From Amphiscolops sp. MND2022 (lineage: Eukaryota), in assembly GCA_964187785.1 (NCBI GenBank), contig OZ076409.1, positions 68,946,001 to 69,010,000 on the forward strand: 64,000 nucleotides of DNA, read 5' to 3'. Shown here one piece after another: positions 38,282 to 52,502 of the stretch (position 1 is the first letter of the stretch; the number at the start of each line of letters is the position of its first letter). The notes below the pieces were generated by a model. The model had not been told where the DNA came from and made no database searches. It saw nothing but the letters and a program-made list of their open reading frames with translations. The position numbers and the translations under genes were made by a program.

Positions 38282-40620
38282 TAGGATTGTTTTTACGATT
38301 TACAACTTTCGACACCAATTGAGCATTCCAGTAATTTCAATTTAGAAACAAAAATAACGGCGCTTCGGGATGCCTTGGTGACCGACCTTGGCGAAGATAG
38401 CCGAGAGTGAATTTCGCTCGACTAAAAAGTCGTTCACACTGATAGGAAGTTCCTGGTAACCAGTGTAAGCGCTCATAGCTATTTGAAGCCCGCTTCATCT
38501 TTTTCGCCCTCAAGGCACACTCTGCAAAACTGATATCTTCGTTGGGATCCAGAACTTCTTCCGATATCTCGGTACTTTTAGCGTTTGTTTTTCTCGATCA
38601 GTTCAATCAGACGCTTTTCCATCTATAATTTTCACCATGCCGTTTTCAATATCTTTGCTGTGAACAATGTCTGCATTTTGAGATAAATATTGTTCCATTG
38701 ACGGAAACTTCACGATTAGTGCATCATACAATGCACGCATATCAGAAAGCGAGACACCGCGTTCTTGCTGCAGCGTCTTTGTCACAGTCTCGATTTCTGT
38801 CAACCGTGCATGTGATGATGTAATTACAGCTTCCTCAGTCTCGTCCAGAATATATGGCATCAATTCCAAATCGTCTCTCGGAATAAAACTTTTTAGTTTT
38901 CCGTATCGAGATATCGTCTCAAAAGTTGTAGACCGTCTTGTTTTATTACGCAAAACGGGTCGTAACTGCGTCTGTTTTCTCAAACTGGCACTTCGTTCAA
39001 GAGTTCTGAGTTTTATAATAATTGTCGAGATTTTCTCCAATTTAAATTTGGATTCGGAAAAGTAACGTGCCACAGCAAGGTTTAGGCGGTGACTGGCACA
39101 TCCGATCATTGGCGATTTGAGTAGACGTGAAAGAGACCGGTTTGTCTGCTATAAGAGCTGAAATTGCAGCTAGAGTCTTACCAAAAAGTTTGAGTGTCGA
39201 TGATATAAACTCGGCGTGTCTAGCAGAAACAAATTTCGCCTCGTCATGAAGAGGCGCAATAGCAAGTAAAGGACTGCAAACGCTTTTTGAAGCATGATCG
39301 TAATAGGAAGCAAAAACACCAAAATAATGCACGGCAATAGCCGTCCATCCATCGCAAACATTTGCGAAGTTATCGGGTAACGAATTAGCAACAACTCTTT
39401 CGACTTCTTCCACAACTAAATTTACGTATTTTGTTAAAGATTCAATTGATTAATGCAATTCATCCGTTTAATTTCGTTTCCGCAAAACGAAAAGGGCTGA
39501 TGACTCATTATAACCATTTCGAGCCAACCATGCAATTTGCCGCCAGAGCGACTCACTGTCGCGGAATCTATGTTTGATTGCTTGCTGAGGCTCGCGATCT
39601 CTGCCTGCCACGGGTGCTCAACCATAATATGGCTTGATAAGTTTGAGTAACCTCTATCTTTTTATTCGGCGCTCCATGAAGTGAAACGCGACTTTTATAG
39701 TGACTCTTTTTTTTTCTATCCACACGAACTGATCAAAATACTTCCTAAAAGTTCTACAAAACATTATTGCATCAAATTGCACTATTTGGGCTGGCGAACT
39801 GAACCAAAAGGGTTTTTCCTGTTTTTCCGCGTAGCATACCATACCGGGCGAGACCAAAGGGTCCCCCCTTTCATCTCTTTTTTGGCACTGCGAGACTTTT
39901 TTTTCGAAAAATTTTTTCCTCACATGGTCTTCCCTTCTATTTTTATTTGCTGTTTTGCGTCAGAATGGATGTTGGAAAATGCCAATGAGTCCCCCCTTAC
40001 AGTTTTTTTCGGCACTGTGAGATTTTTTCCCGAAAATAATAATTGCCCCCTTATTTTTTTGATGTTTTGCGACTGAATGGATGTTGAAAAACCCCAAAGG
40101 GTCCCCCCTTTCAGTTTTTCGGCATTTGTGAGACTTTTTTTCCCAAAAATATTTTCTCTCCAAAGTGTCCCCCTTTCAATTTCTTTGATATTTGACAACA
40201 GATTGGGTGTTTAAAATCCCAAAGGGTCCCCCCTTTCAGTTTTTCGGCATTGTGAGATTTTTTTCGAAAATTTGTTTTTTCTCCGAAGGTTCCCCCTTCA
40301 AGGGGGTCAACTGAAGTTCAACTGCGACAAAAGTGTTGACAATTTTGGACCTGTTCCCCTGGGGCGCTACTCGGTCCATTTTTTGAATATGTAGTTTCAT
40401 TGAAAATTTTTTTCGAGAAATTTTCGATTTTCGAGTACTGTAAAAGAGAATACTCGACACTTGGAAGTCTTTTTGCTATTTTTGAGCCTTGGATATGGCG
40501 CCGACTTGGGCCGGTCCCGGCTTTTTTCTGCTTAGGCTCGCGCCCACATTTTCACTGCCATTTATCGTCCACCTTGTGTTTGAAATGAAACTGAACAACG
40601 TACGGACGAGTTTTGCAACT
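38282..40620 (-). pseudogene. hAT transposase pseudogene of element 2, split by a repeat insertion
   Basis: BED-like remnant (WQ*KCG...GYSNLSSHI..HP), CDGWT, GCASHRLNLAV, PVLRNKTR, PGTSYQCERLFSRA. Confidence 0.88.
39654..40522 (+). mobile_element. Non-autonomous element with internal degenerate tandem repeats, inserted in hAT 2
   Basis: Repeated aagggtccccctttcagtttttcggcattgtgag units; terminal ggcgccgacttgggccggtcccggc shared with copies near 2420, 43690 and 48210; interrupts the BED-like finger. Confidence 0.65.
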
Positions 40621-43600
40621 GATGCACGCAGCGGTGGCTGACGCAATAGCCGCGAGCGAGCACCTCAGCCAACCACAGACGAGCGTCCTAACTTTGTGAC
40701 GGCCGCTGCATTGCGCACTATTGAATTCGAGCTGACCCCTAACTGTCAATAATTTGAACAATAAGTGCATTTGAGTTCCTCAAGTATTTCCCCAAAGCTC
40801 GGTTGAAAATAAATTGTTGCCCTTCAAAAAAGCCAAAAAAAATTATTTATTGAAAATATTTGCAATACAAGTATTTTTACGGAGGCCCTGCTCCCGGCTC
40901 AATCAAACTGGAAAAAGTGATCGACAAACTATTTTCAAAAACGAGGCATAATAATGTGACACAAGTTTAATTTAAGAACTGCAAAACAAAGTAATGTAGT
41001 AGGAAATGTGTGGTCAAGGGTAACGGGTATATTCAAATCATGCAACAGAGTAGTTATTTCATTGGCTGTCAGTGTACAGCCAGAAATCTAGTAGCATCCA
41101 TAGATGTTAGCAAGATACTACTCCAGCAAACCATGTTCTCGCAATAATACAATCACAGCACTTTCTCAACACATCTACGAACCCAGAGGGTGGCCACACC
41201 TCTAATCACATCCGCTAAAATAAAGTCAATGTCTCAAACAAAACGACGCATTGGCCTACACTTTTTGAAACGCGAGGAATCGACTGCGAACCGCATGTAG
41301 GACCTACAGGACCTGGAATCCGCTGTTTTAAATGACGGATTTCAAAGACATGCTTCATAACACGTGCACCGGAATCCACTTTCATTTTTCTGGATTCCGC
41401 AGACAAATATCTTTACATTAATTTTTTTGTTGAATCCTGAGGCAAACCTTATTTTATTAGACAGCAGCGGATTCCGCAGTCGCTGTACCGGAATCCGGGG
41501 TCATATAATATTGCACAGCAATAAAGCAGCGGGTTGTAGAAGCAAGCTTCAGTAATATAGAAGGAAAAACAGCGGAATCCACAGCTGCGACTGCGGAAGT
41601 CGGTGTAGCAGCAGTGGATTCCGCTGTTGTCCAAGCGGAATCCGCTGTTTGTAATTGCCGCTGCCCTTAACAGCGGATTCCACTTCAAGATATCGCGAAA
41701 TCAGCACCGTACCATGTTTAATCAGCAATGCACTCAACTTGTGCTTAAACATGTTTTATGTTTTAGGACCTCATGTACTCTTTCTTGTTCATCATCCATC
41801 AGCACACATCAATGAAACTTCAATGACAAACACAATTTGGATTAGGCTGCACAGGAAACTAAAGACAGTTTAAATGTTTTAATTAGTTGTCAGTTAATTT
41901 TTTTTGTCCATTTGTGTCGAATGTGCTGTAATTAAGTTAATGTAATTTTTAATACCTTTTTATTTTGCTCTTTTGGAACTTCTGCTCTTTTGGAGAATAA
42001 TATCAACTAAATAGGGTAATTGTTTTGCCGGAAATGTCAAAACTGTTGGATTGGCAATCTTTTTTTAAACATAAATTTGTTTCATCAATGAAATAATTTT
42101 TATTCAAGAGTAAAATGAGCATTGAGCAAGAGTTTTGGGGGTTCGCAACAATATTTACCTGGGGGGATTGAACACATGGCAACTTTCGACTATTTCAAAG
42201 TATATATCATTCGAAGGTCAAAACTTTTGGTTGTTCCAATTGAAGAAAGAATTGTCAAAATCCCAAACATCTTAATCTATATTGGAAAGTTTTAGTTCGA
42301 TTATTTCAAAGTATATGTCATTGCGAGGTCAAAACTCGTGATTGATCCTATCAAACGAGAATTTTGCCAAATCCCAAACTTCCAAACTTATAGTGCAAAA
42401 TTTTAGTCATTATTCAGTTGTCAATATTGGATTTTGTCAAACATTGTAAAAGCAATTTCAAAACCACTCTTTTCTGTGTTTAAGAGAATGCCTTGTTTAG
42501 GCCTACACGTGTCTAGTAAGTTGGACCAATTTATATTCCGCTGACTTCGCTGATTTGATTTATCGTAAACTGGAAACGCGAAAAATTAAACACTGCAGTA
42601 TTGGTCCCTGAAATCCGCTGTTTGTGCTTTGCATATTGTAAATCTTGGCCCAGGATTCCACTGCTCAGACGGCTCATCTTTGAGCCGCACTAAAAGTGTA
42701 AGGTTATGCGTCGTAATGAAGTTGAAAAACCACTTCTGTAAAGTTCAAGTGAAATGGTTAAATTTACAGTGTATAACTCAAACCGAATATTCTCCCGACT
42801 CCAAAATTACTATGATAAGGACAAGCTTTCCAGCTAGAGAAGTTTGACTGATGGAGAGTTTTAACGGACTGAGTCTTGGTTAGCTAAAATACTTGTTGAA
42901 GCCCTAAATTGAAATACATAGTTTCACTAGAAGGTACGGAAAAGAATTTCCTGAAAAATTTGTATAGAGAATCTTTGCACCTCTGTAAAGATCCTTGCAG
43001 ATCTGCAGTTGTCCTTACATAGCAGTGGCACGATCTTTACAGATCCTCAAGGAAAATTGGCTCACAGATCTGTACAGAATCTCAAAGAAAGCTCAACATG
43101 GGATTTCATTCGAAAGGGTCCGCATTTCAAACTGTTTGAGGGTTTGGCAGGCACTGTGCGACATTTATTCTGATTATTGTTTGCCACAAAACGGCTTTCG
43201 CTTCGTTTTTTTGGATGTATTTAGATCGTTTTTTGAGATGTTTTTCAAAAACGATGTGAACTACGGAGCCAATTTATGACGTCAACGGCTTGTTTAAATA
43301 TATAAAAATCAAATTTCCAATTTTTTTACAAGAGAGTTTCATAGACGGTTCGAGCTCTGCATATAACTAATGAACTAATGGTATCTTACAGACACGATTA
43401 CTGCCTAAAAATTTTCAACAAATGTCAACATTTTGATAAATTTATTCAATCTGAACCACTTCGAATTCGATTAACATATATAATTCTTATCGGTGGGTAA
43501 TACGAAGCTATAATGTGATCTCGAATGGGCTTCATTAGTTCACGTCTCGCCGATTTACTTGACTGACATCTTTTTGAGCTCCATGCATGGTTGTCCATGC

Positions 43601-44758
43601 AAAAATTCTCTAAATCAAATTTGGTTCCTTTTTTGCGACCAAAGCTTAGCTATTCGAATAGCATAAATTTGATTTAAATATAGAAGCGTGAACGGCCCAA
43701 GTCGCTGCCCCGCTCAAAGTTCAAAAAAAGCTAAGTGTTTCAAATATTCAAGTAAAACCTACGGTGAAACTTTTCATTTATCATACAGTGCCGAAAGATA
43801 TTCGAATATAAACTCGAGACTCGAAAACAGCTTTTTTCTGAACTGGAAACATCAGAAAACCACAAACTTCTGATGAAAAACTTTAAAGAATTTTTCGAGA
43901 ATAATTTTTGAGGAAAAGAGTACGGTGCCAGAAAAAACCCCAAGCTGACCCCCTTTCGTCTCAAATATTTTCGAGGATGAAGTAAATACTACGAAAAACT
44001 CAAATGAAATACCTCGTAGGCCCTCGGGTCCTTGGGTACCCTTTCCCACTTCAGCGTAAAGGTTGGGTGACATTGATTTTTTTTCCAAAAAGTTCCGACT
44101 AAAAACTAGACACTGTAAAACATCATTCATTCGAGCATTCAAACGAACTTGATTTTGTTTGGAAATGTATTGAATTGTCGGCGTTTCAGGAATCATTCAA
44201 TATTATGAAATCATGGAAATCATACAATGACCATATATGGAAAACATTAGGCCATCACATGAACACATGCGTTTTTCCATGCGTGAATTGCTCGGTAGGT
44301 CCATTGTGGTAATGATCAAAGTCTCTAGTAGTTCATGGTTTATCGTGTAGACATTCAGCTAAAAATAGTTCTCCGTGTGTGTGAGATAGTGGGTTCTCTT
44401 CAATTTTGTATAATTGCGTTACAAAGTAATTTAAAATTCCAAGGACATGTCAACTGAGACATTTCATGTAATTTCTTCATGCAAATTTGGTCATGCCGAA
44501 GATTTGAGAAGGAAATTGAACTTTCCAGAGTGGAATTTAAAAGTGAATCACATTAGGAATTACATATATCTTTTTCCCAATTGTTTAGCAAGTTGAGGAG
44601 GGGGGGGGGAGGTGTTGCAGAATGTGTCATCTGCAAGAGACTATTTAACTAAAAACAAGAAACATGGAACTAATTGAAAAAATGACAACATTAACATAAA
44701 TCAGTAACTGATTGCATGCATTTTTGTGTATACACATAAATGCATGGAATGCATGCAC

Positions 44759-46270
44759 GTTTTCTGTGTTGAGTTTTCTTGTGTTGAGTTTTCTGGTAAT
44801 CGAGAAAGAATCTAGGAAACCTCGCCGAAAATTCTCCGGCAGGCAACTCGTCACAAGAACAGAAAATAATTTGAGAATTTGAGAAATCTTAGTGCTTATT
44901 TTGTGATCGTAATGTGTTATGAAGTTCTAAATTATTACGTGGTATTGCACTGTAAACGCTCTATTATGGGTAGAACTCTTATGAAGAGCGCCAAGAATAT
45001 GTACGAGTTACAACTCTTGTTAAGAGTTTCAATATATATTTCGCCCATGGTTGCCGATTTATTAGGAAAATAACAAAATTACGTCCAGCTTCAAACTAAA
45101 CAAGTAAATACTGCATCGCACTATAGTGATCAAATTAGAGTAAAATAAAATGTTTCAAGGAATGTTAACATGTAATTTTAGAAAAATTCTTTAGGTAAAA
45201 ATTTAGTTATTCCAACGCGTATAAGGGGGGAAGAGCCAAAACAATGTTTTTTGTGTAGTTTTCTGAACACCCTAGTTGAGACTGCTGGAAATTTTTACAT
45301 GCTGCAGGCCTGTATGCAGGGTAATTTTTTATAAAACCTAGAAAATTCAGTAAGGTTCCGGTGGTAAATCTTGTAGAATTACACTGCATTTTCTACTACT
45401 GCAATTGAATTTTAAAATAGTTCCCACTTCTTTTACAGACACGATCACGTTGTATTCACACATTGATTTCTCAAATACTCATCTGATTAAAGCACCGCGT
45501 CTCAAATTGGACGCTGAAGATGACGCTAAGTTTGCTGTTTACATTGTGAATGAATTTAATTTACATTAAAATGGCGGCAAAATTTTTGAGGTCTCAGCTG
45601 CATTTAAAATTAGAACTGATGCATATTGAAACTTGTAGAACTTCACGGCTTGAAATTGCCGCCAAAACTTTGATGATTCTTTAAAGCAGCTTGATAAAAG
45701 TTGGTGACAACAGGGAAATATTAACGCATTAAAGTTTCCGTAAGATATTTAGATTATCATAATAAAAGTTGCTGGCAACATTAAAGTACATGTAAAAAGT
45801 TCAAGCATGTTCAACAAGGGCAGCTGAGTATTATATTACGCCGCCTAACGACATTTTTGTGCGATGCAGTATTTATTTGTTTAGTTTGAAGCTGGAAGTA
45901 ATTTTGTTATTTTTCTAATAAATTGGCAACCATGGGCGAAATATATTTTGAAACTCTTAACAAGAGTTGTAACTCGTACATATTCTTGGCGCTCTTCATA
46001 AGAGTTCTACCCATAATAGAGCCTTTTTTGATTAATATAATGGCTTGAAATGTTTCACTTCTATCGTTTACAGTGTAATACCACGTAATAATTTAGAACT
46101 TCTTAGCACATTAAGATCACAAAATAAGCACTAAATTTTCTCAATTTATTTTCTCTTCCGGTGAAGAGTTGTCTGCCGGAGAATTTTCGGCGAGTTGCTT
46201 CCGACGAGTTTTCCTAGATTCTTTCTCGATTACCAGAAACCTCAACACAAGAAAACGCAACACAGAAAAC
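44759..46270. repeat. Foldback structure with ~360-bp inverted arms
   Basis: 44759-45121 is the reverse complement of 45859-46270, apart from short indels. Confidence 0.85.
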
Positions 46271-47120
46271 TCAACACATTTTAAGCATTTTATAATTGTG
46301 ATATATATTATACATCGATATTCCTTGTTCGTACTGCTCATAATTTATGCATTTGACACAATTTTTCTAAAATATTTGTGTTTTCGTTTAAACTTTTTCT
46401 ATCGTTTTGTTTCATGGCTTGGGCCAAAGTAAACAACGTTTCAACGTGAAAAACAGTTTAATATAGAAAAAAGTCGCAATCATGACTAGGTGTTCAGTAA
46501 ATTATACATCTTTATATGTCTTTGAATTGAGTCGCAATTGTGTAAACGGAAATATAATAGGGATTTTACCAATTAGTTAGATTTCGGAAAATAAACTCAA
46601 TTGAGGTGGTAACTAAAATTAATGAAATATGTTGAGTTTTTGTGTTGAAATTTCATGTTGAGTTTTCTTGTGTTGAATTTTCTGTTTTTTACTCTGTGTT
46701 GAGTTTTCTTGGGTTGAGTTTTCTGAACCCCTCTTTCTCGAGAATGCAAGATTCTTGTCATGGACTCCAAGAATTTTCACTTTGTGAAGAGATATGTCTT
46801 CGTAACCTATGTAGAAGGATAAAGCATCAACCACTGTGTTCACTAACATGGCTATCGAATTTGTTGACGCTCCTTTTGTGTTTTGCTATATTCATTCAAT
46901 TGTCGAGCTCATGCGAGTTTCAAAAATAACAATTTTGCTATAACCCATTCAAGGGAAATGTTTTTAACGAACAAAGTAATCTAAACAAGAAACAGAGTTG
47001 CTACCTAGACTTCCCTAGTTGAAGCTACGTACATTCAACTTTCTAGTCTGTTTTTAAATGTAACTGTCTATAACAAATAATTTCACTGGAAATTACCTAA
47101 TAACAAGTTCTGCTTTCCGC

Positions 47121-47261
47121 TAAAATGATAATGATGTCCATTTGCAACCACTTGGTCGAGTGAAGGTTGTCTAGAAAGTGCTACAATTGTCAATTATGCA
47201 GCACTTTCTAGACAACCTTCACTCGACCAAGTGGTTGCAAATGGACATTATTATCATTTTA
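47121..47261. repeat. 141-bp hairpin / mini-MITE
   Basis: 62-bp inverted arms (one mismatch) around a 17-bp spacer. Confidence 0.85.
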
Positions 47262-47461
47262 ACCATGATTAATCACAGCACTGTGACGACGAACTTTTGC
47301 TCTTCAAATGGTAATTTTCTGCGAGACTTGTATTTTTCCTCCTTTCAGCTCGAAGTGAAGAATTCGAAGTTAAGAGAAACGAGAAACATCGAATACCACC
47401 AGCCAATTCTTAATAATTCTGTCCAATTCAGCATGCTCCCTCATTCATACTGATCAAAATA

Positions 47462-47645
47462 CAGTCGAACTCGGATAAAAGAAACACGGATAAAAGAAAC
47501 ATTCGGATATAAGATACGTTTTCACTCCTCCGATTTTATGCAAGCCAAACTTTCTTCGTTAATAGGACAACTGATAAAAGAAACTATGGATGAAAGAAAC
47601 CCTTTTCTCATCGCCCAATGAATTTCTTTTATCCGAATTTGACTG
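47462..47645. mobile_element. Tc1/mariner-pogo-type MITE
   Basis: TA|CAGTCGAACTCGGATAAAAGAAA ... TTTCTTTTATCCGAATTTGACTG|TA. Confidence 0.85.
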
Positions 47646-47789
47646 TAGGTATTTTGAATGTCATTAACCAAATGCATTTTTTTCTGTTTTTTTTTAGTCG
47701 GCGCATTTTGGTAGAAAATGTGCCAGACTCTTACAGTGGGTAGATTTTTCTAGACGCGTAAGGTCCACTTTTTTGTTCATTTGTTCAAC

Positions 47790-48236
47790 AACGTCAAACC
47801 TCAACAACTTCGAACCTCAACAACTCGAACCTCAAAAGCGCTTCCAAAACGAAAAGAAGAAACAAAACAGACGTCCAGAACCTCGAAATCACACTAAGGA
47901 TCCCCCCATGGCCCCACTTTTTCGGCACTATGGGACTTTTTGGAAACTTTTTGGATTGCACCAAAGGGCCCCCTTCATTTGTTTCGACATTTTGCAACAC
48001 AATGGATGTCAAAAAATCCCAAAGTGTCCCCCCTTTTACATTTTTCGGCACTGTGACACTGTTCAAAAATCTAATTGTAATTTTTTTTGGAAATTTTTTT
48101 TCAAGTCCCCAACGGGCTCCCCTTCAATTTTTTTGATATTTTGCAACCAGCTGGAGTTTCACAAAGCCCGAATGGTCCCCCGTTTTACAATTTTGAGCCT
48201 TAGATATAGCGCCGACTTTGGCCGTTCTCGGGTTGT
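47790..48236 (+). mobile_element. Second copy of the 39654-40522 repeat family
   Basis: Same ttttcggcactgtga and aaagggcccccct units; terminal gcgccgactttggccgttctcgggttgt. Confidence 0.6.
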
Positions 48237-48564
48237 CTTTCACTATTGAAGGGGGAATTTTCCAGCGAGTGTCTAGATTTGCATTCGACCCAGATATTAT
48301 GTAAGATTTTCATTTTTTTTGTAACCGTAGGTTTGATTTTTTTGCACCTGAACCAAAAATGCGCTTGGCTTTACGCACAGACAACTCATTGAGTCCACAT
48401 GAACCATATGTGAAGTTTACATGAGAGAGAAGAAAGAAAATGGTTTATTTCCACGTGGACAACGAATACACAGCTATGCTTTTCTAAGTCTCGATATTAT
48501 CTCCCCATAGTGAGCTATGGTAAGATGTTTCCTGCAAAGTCGTCAATCAATGCTCATCAAGCTA

Positions 48565-49060
48565 CTATGTGAACCAAAAAAACGGAACGCACAAAAACTT
48601 TTGAGCTCTCAAAATTTCAAAAATTTGTCAAAAAAAATTCAAAACAACTTTGGAAGCTGAAATCCAGCCTGTCAATCATTCAACTTGACAACATTGCATT
48701 TTATTCATTCGAGTGTCAATCGGTTTCACCCATAAGAAAGGCGAACAAAATTATTGGTGAAAATGTCTAGACTTTATCGGAAGGTTTAAAACATGCCTAT
48801 TTAAAGATGTAGTTACGTAATTCAAACTTCATTTTGAATTCTTGATTGAAAAAGGTATATTACCATTTTGAAGAGTGAAATTTTAATACGTTTCGTTTTT
48901 TTTTGGTTCACCTAGTACTAGGTGAACCATAAAAAACGGAACGGATGAAAACTTTCGAACCCACAAAGTTTCAAATATTTGTTAACAGATGTTTCAAAAA
49001 AACATGAACATTGCAATTCAGCTTGCCAGTCATTCAGTTTGAGAACTTTTCTTTGGAGAC
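48565..49060. mobile_element. Tandem TA-flanked MITEs (48565-48915 plus a truncated second copy from 48918)
   Basis: TA|CTATGTGAACC ... GGTTCACCTAG|TA|CTAGGTGAACC; the first ~120 bp is repeated. Confidence 0.7.
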
Positions 49061-50401
49061 AAGAAACTTTTCCACATCAAATGTGTGAGAGAAATTACTG
49101 GTGAAGACGCCCAGCGATCGAAGACACGCTACGCTTGCCAAGATCATGGTGTCAAATGCATAAATTATGAGCAGTACGAACAAGGAATATACATGTACAA
49201 TATATAACATTATCACGATTATTAAATGCTTAAAACGTGTTGAGTTTTCTTGTGTTCAGTTTTCTGTTGAGTTTTTTTGTGTTGAGTTTTCTGGTAATCG
49301 AAGCTTAGCATTTGAGAATACCTAAAGTGATTTCATAACGCCGGAAGAGCCAAAAACCACAAAAATTCCCACCTTATGTTATCGGGGTGTACGGAAATTA
49401 CGCTGAAAGACATTACGCCCAATAATTATGGGTCGACCGTAAATGACGTAAAAATTTTGGAAAGAAAATAACGACAAAGAAGGCAATCGTGATCTGCCAC
49501 GGCCGCATACCTCTAGTGCCCTGAACGCAGGAGCAAAGCGACGTGCCATTGGCAAGTCTAGCGGCTGATTTTGAATAAGGCTAGCCTGGAAAGGAGAAAG
49601 TCCGAGCCATACCACAAACTTTTCAAATTATTTGGTGTGATGTCCTTGGACTTAATGTCCCAGAACCAGTAACGGCACAGTACGGATGAACCCTAGTCAA
49701 TTCTTAAGGACCACGGAAACTTTCACGAAAATGTTCTTGAGAGATCACTGAATTCTTCCTGCTTGGAATTGTTTGCTAATCAACACACTTGTAAATTGGT
49801 TTCTTATTAGAATCAACTGGTTTTGGCATAAATCCCCGATGTTTTCAGATAGCATACCCAGTGTTCGAAGCCATGGAACCCTTGCCATGATCATGTTAAA
49901 TCTTGCTAAATCATGGTTAACCATGATGCCCTTGTCAAGATCATGGCTAATCATGATACATGGAACGCTTGTCAAGATCATAGCAAGATCTTGGCAAGAT
50001 AACCATGGTAAGACATGCGAGCTGTTTCCAATTTTATAATGTATTCTTTTCATAAAAAATTTCTTGTCGTTTCCAATTTCTGACTACGCCGTTGTGATAA
50101 CTTCGGACATAACCTTTATTTATCGAAAAAAGTTTTTTAGACTGAAAAGTATGCAACAATTCTCAATAATTTGCTGCACCTATTGACCAAGTTTTGTTAC
50201 TTGAGAGCACGGCATTGTTACTACTATCCTAAATTATCATACAAACCAAACCTCGAATCAAGTTATTACTACTTGCGGGTTTGCGATGTCGATGAATTCA
50301 AATTTTCTAGCCATGATTTATTATTCTTGCTAATACCTCACCTATTGAGGTAACGTGTTAAAAATACTGAAGTTCGAGAATGCAATAGAAACTAGTGCAA
50401 T

Positions 50402-50800
50402 TGTCGTAAGCACGGGGGTTCGTGCCCGTGAATCCGTCTTTGGGGCGGTCATTGGCCTGCTTACTCTTAGAATTATTCCTAGGTTCTAAGTTTTGCAGCA
50501 TTTCGGAATATCCTTCTGGTCTCTCGGCCGGAACGTTCCATCTCTCTTTGGTCAACTGTCCAGACCCGGCCATAACTGCGTTTTGGATTTGAGGCAAAAT
50601 TTGACTACTGATCGCTTCATTTATTGCCCTTTGAATCTGAACACTGACGCTGTTCATCATTTCGTCCATCTCTCGAGATAAACGGGAATTTAACTCGCTC
50701 GACAGTCTATTGATCGCAACACTTGAACTCTCCCTGATTGAATTTTGGCCTAATTCGGTATTTGGGCTAGGTCCATTATTTCACTGACACTCACATTTTC
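50402..50800 (-). repeat. Partial LTR (Gag-N-terminus-coding 3' part), probably the deleted 3' LTR of B
   Basis: Reading frame NRLSSELNSRLSREMDEMMNSVSVQIQRAI...RAYD ends at a TG..CA-type terminus as in A and C; no PPT or LTR 5' end found. Confidence 0.5.
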
Positions 50801-51710
50801 CACATATTATTGAAATGTTTACATACTCTAAAGGATCGTGAGATTTTACGAGGATTGGAAAATAGCTATTGCATCAAAGCGATTCAGGAATTTAGGGTCG
50901 GAAGAATTCCTGAGGAATGCACTCAATTACATACTCATGATGGCTTCAAAGTACGGGGGACGGTTTAGTCCGCATTCCCGTAACAATCAACATCAAGGCA
51001 AATACATGTTCAGACACTTCAAAGTAATATTTGTGTCAACAGGTATGTGAGATATCTAAGGCACGTGCCTGCACACGCAGGCTAATTCATCAGGTAGCAA
51101 CTCTAATTATATGCACTAATAAAAGGTGAGCGCGGCCCAATTCGGCCATTTGACAAAGGTACCAGCCAATTAAAGTGACCGGTTTAGTCCGCTGGACTAG
51201 TATTTAGAGTTTTATGACTGGTGGTCACAACTACATCAATTGGGTTTAAATAGCCCCATTAGCGCCTTCTAAATACAAATATAATCCTACATGACTTTAA
51301 ATAACATGCATACTCAAATTAAACAATTACAAAAGCTAATAGTCGGAATGGCCTAATCCGGCCATTTGCCTTTGGTTCGCTTACAAAATAAAGTATAGCG
51401 TCAAGTGGCCGTATACGGCCAAACAAATATGACAGTATAATGCACAGCAGGATAGAGCGTTCTGATTGGCTAATGAAATGAGCTCAAGTGACGTCTCCGG
51501 AATTGGAGTTTCGTTCACTTGAACTCGTTTCCTTTAAGCTTTACACTTGCCTTTATTACATTACGTCACTGCTAAACAATTCATCATATAAACATAATCA
51601 TCACCGTTTGAGTTCTAACACGGGTATTAATCAGACTAATATTCAATCCGAATACATAATGAATGTAATAAACCAACAGTGAGTTTTACTGAAAGTTTTG
51701 AATAATTCTC

Positions 51711-52502
51711 CTAAAATGTGGGTAGAGTGCCCGGTACGGCTTCTTGTTCGTTAGTAGTCGTTGTGATTCGTGTCCCATCGCAAGCGGCAGCCTGCGACAC
51801 TGCGGGTGCTAAGAAAAGAAGACTTCCGGCATGTAGACCATTTTCGTAGGCTTCTCTCCTCAAGTCCGTTATCTATGCCGGTTCATTGCGCGGTGTTGAT
51901 CTACTCATGTACCAATTCACCTTCTCTTGTTTAATTTCGTCCACTGATCTTCCACAGACCATACATCCACGGCCCAACTGTTTACTAAGATCCGAATACG
52001 GCTGTACTTGTTGGATGTGGTAAGATGCGTGGAAGCTGGTGCTAACTGGCTGTTCCATGAGCTTGTCTTGGGACGGCCCTCTCTCATGTTCGGGCGGAGA
52101 CAACGGCGATTCTAACACTGGCAGAATTGTGTTGCAAAGTTCTATCCGGGTTCTTTCTGCTTTTCTCATCGGCGCATACAGGAGTTTCTCGTCAAAGTGT
52201 TTGAATCCCAATTTCGGAGTCGAAGGCGGCCACATTTGAAGATTACTCGGTCCAGCTGCTGATTCTGTAGCCTGCTCCTCCACAGTCATCTTGCGACCTG
52301 CGATTAAAATTGGGCTTGACATGACTTCTCTATCGATTCTCTCTATGATAGCCTCGGTGTCCGTGGACCAATCGGAATCCCATGAGGTAGATGAGGTGCC
52401 TTCCTCCTCATCACTCGATAGGTAGATGACCGAATTTACGGAGGCTTCTGAGTCCGATTCTTCTAAGTCGAAAAGCCTTTTTGCTAAGTTAAATTTAGCC
52501 AT
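51711..52502 (-). CDS. Extra sense-strand ORF of element B, unknown function (acidic N-terminus, CxxC)
   Basis: MAKFNLAKRLF...SSDEEE...GCMVCGRS; TAG at 51873-51875, but the frame stays open to 51711. Confidence 0.55.

Larger units (their letters stand above)
38139..40890 (-). mobile_element. hAT DNA transposon 2 (decayed)
   Basis: 19-bp TIR CAGGGCCTCYGTAAAAATA at both ends; degenerate 8-bp TSD tttccagc / ctcccggc; transposase remnants inside. Confidence 0.85.
46228..49300. mobile_element. Long-TIR non-autonomous element (CGATTACCAG... termini) with nested MITEs
   Basis: 46228-46359 inverted vs 49149-49300, with ctcaacac subrepeats; related partial ends near 44760 and 46630. Confidence 0.55.

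Noticed and set aside
41280..41700. Cluster of gcggaatcc / gcggattcc repeats
   Set aside because: Probably subterminal repeats of a decayed DNA transposon, but no termini could be defined
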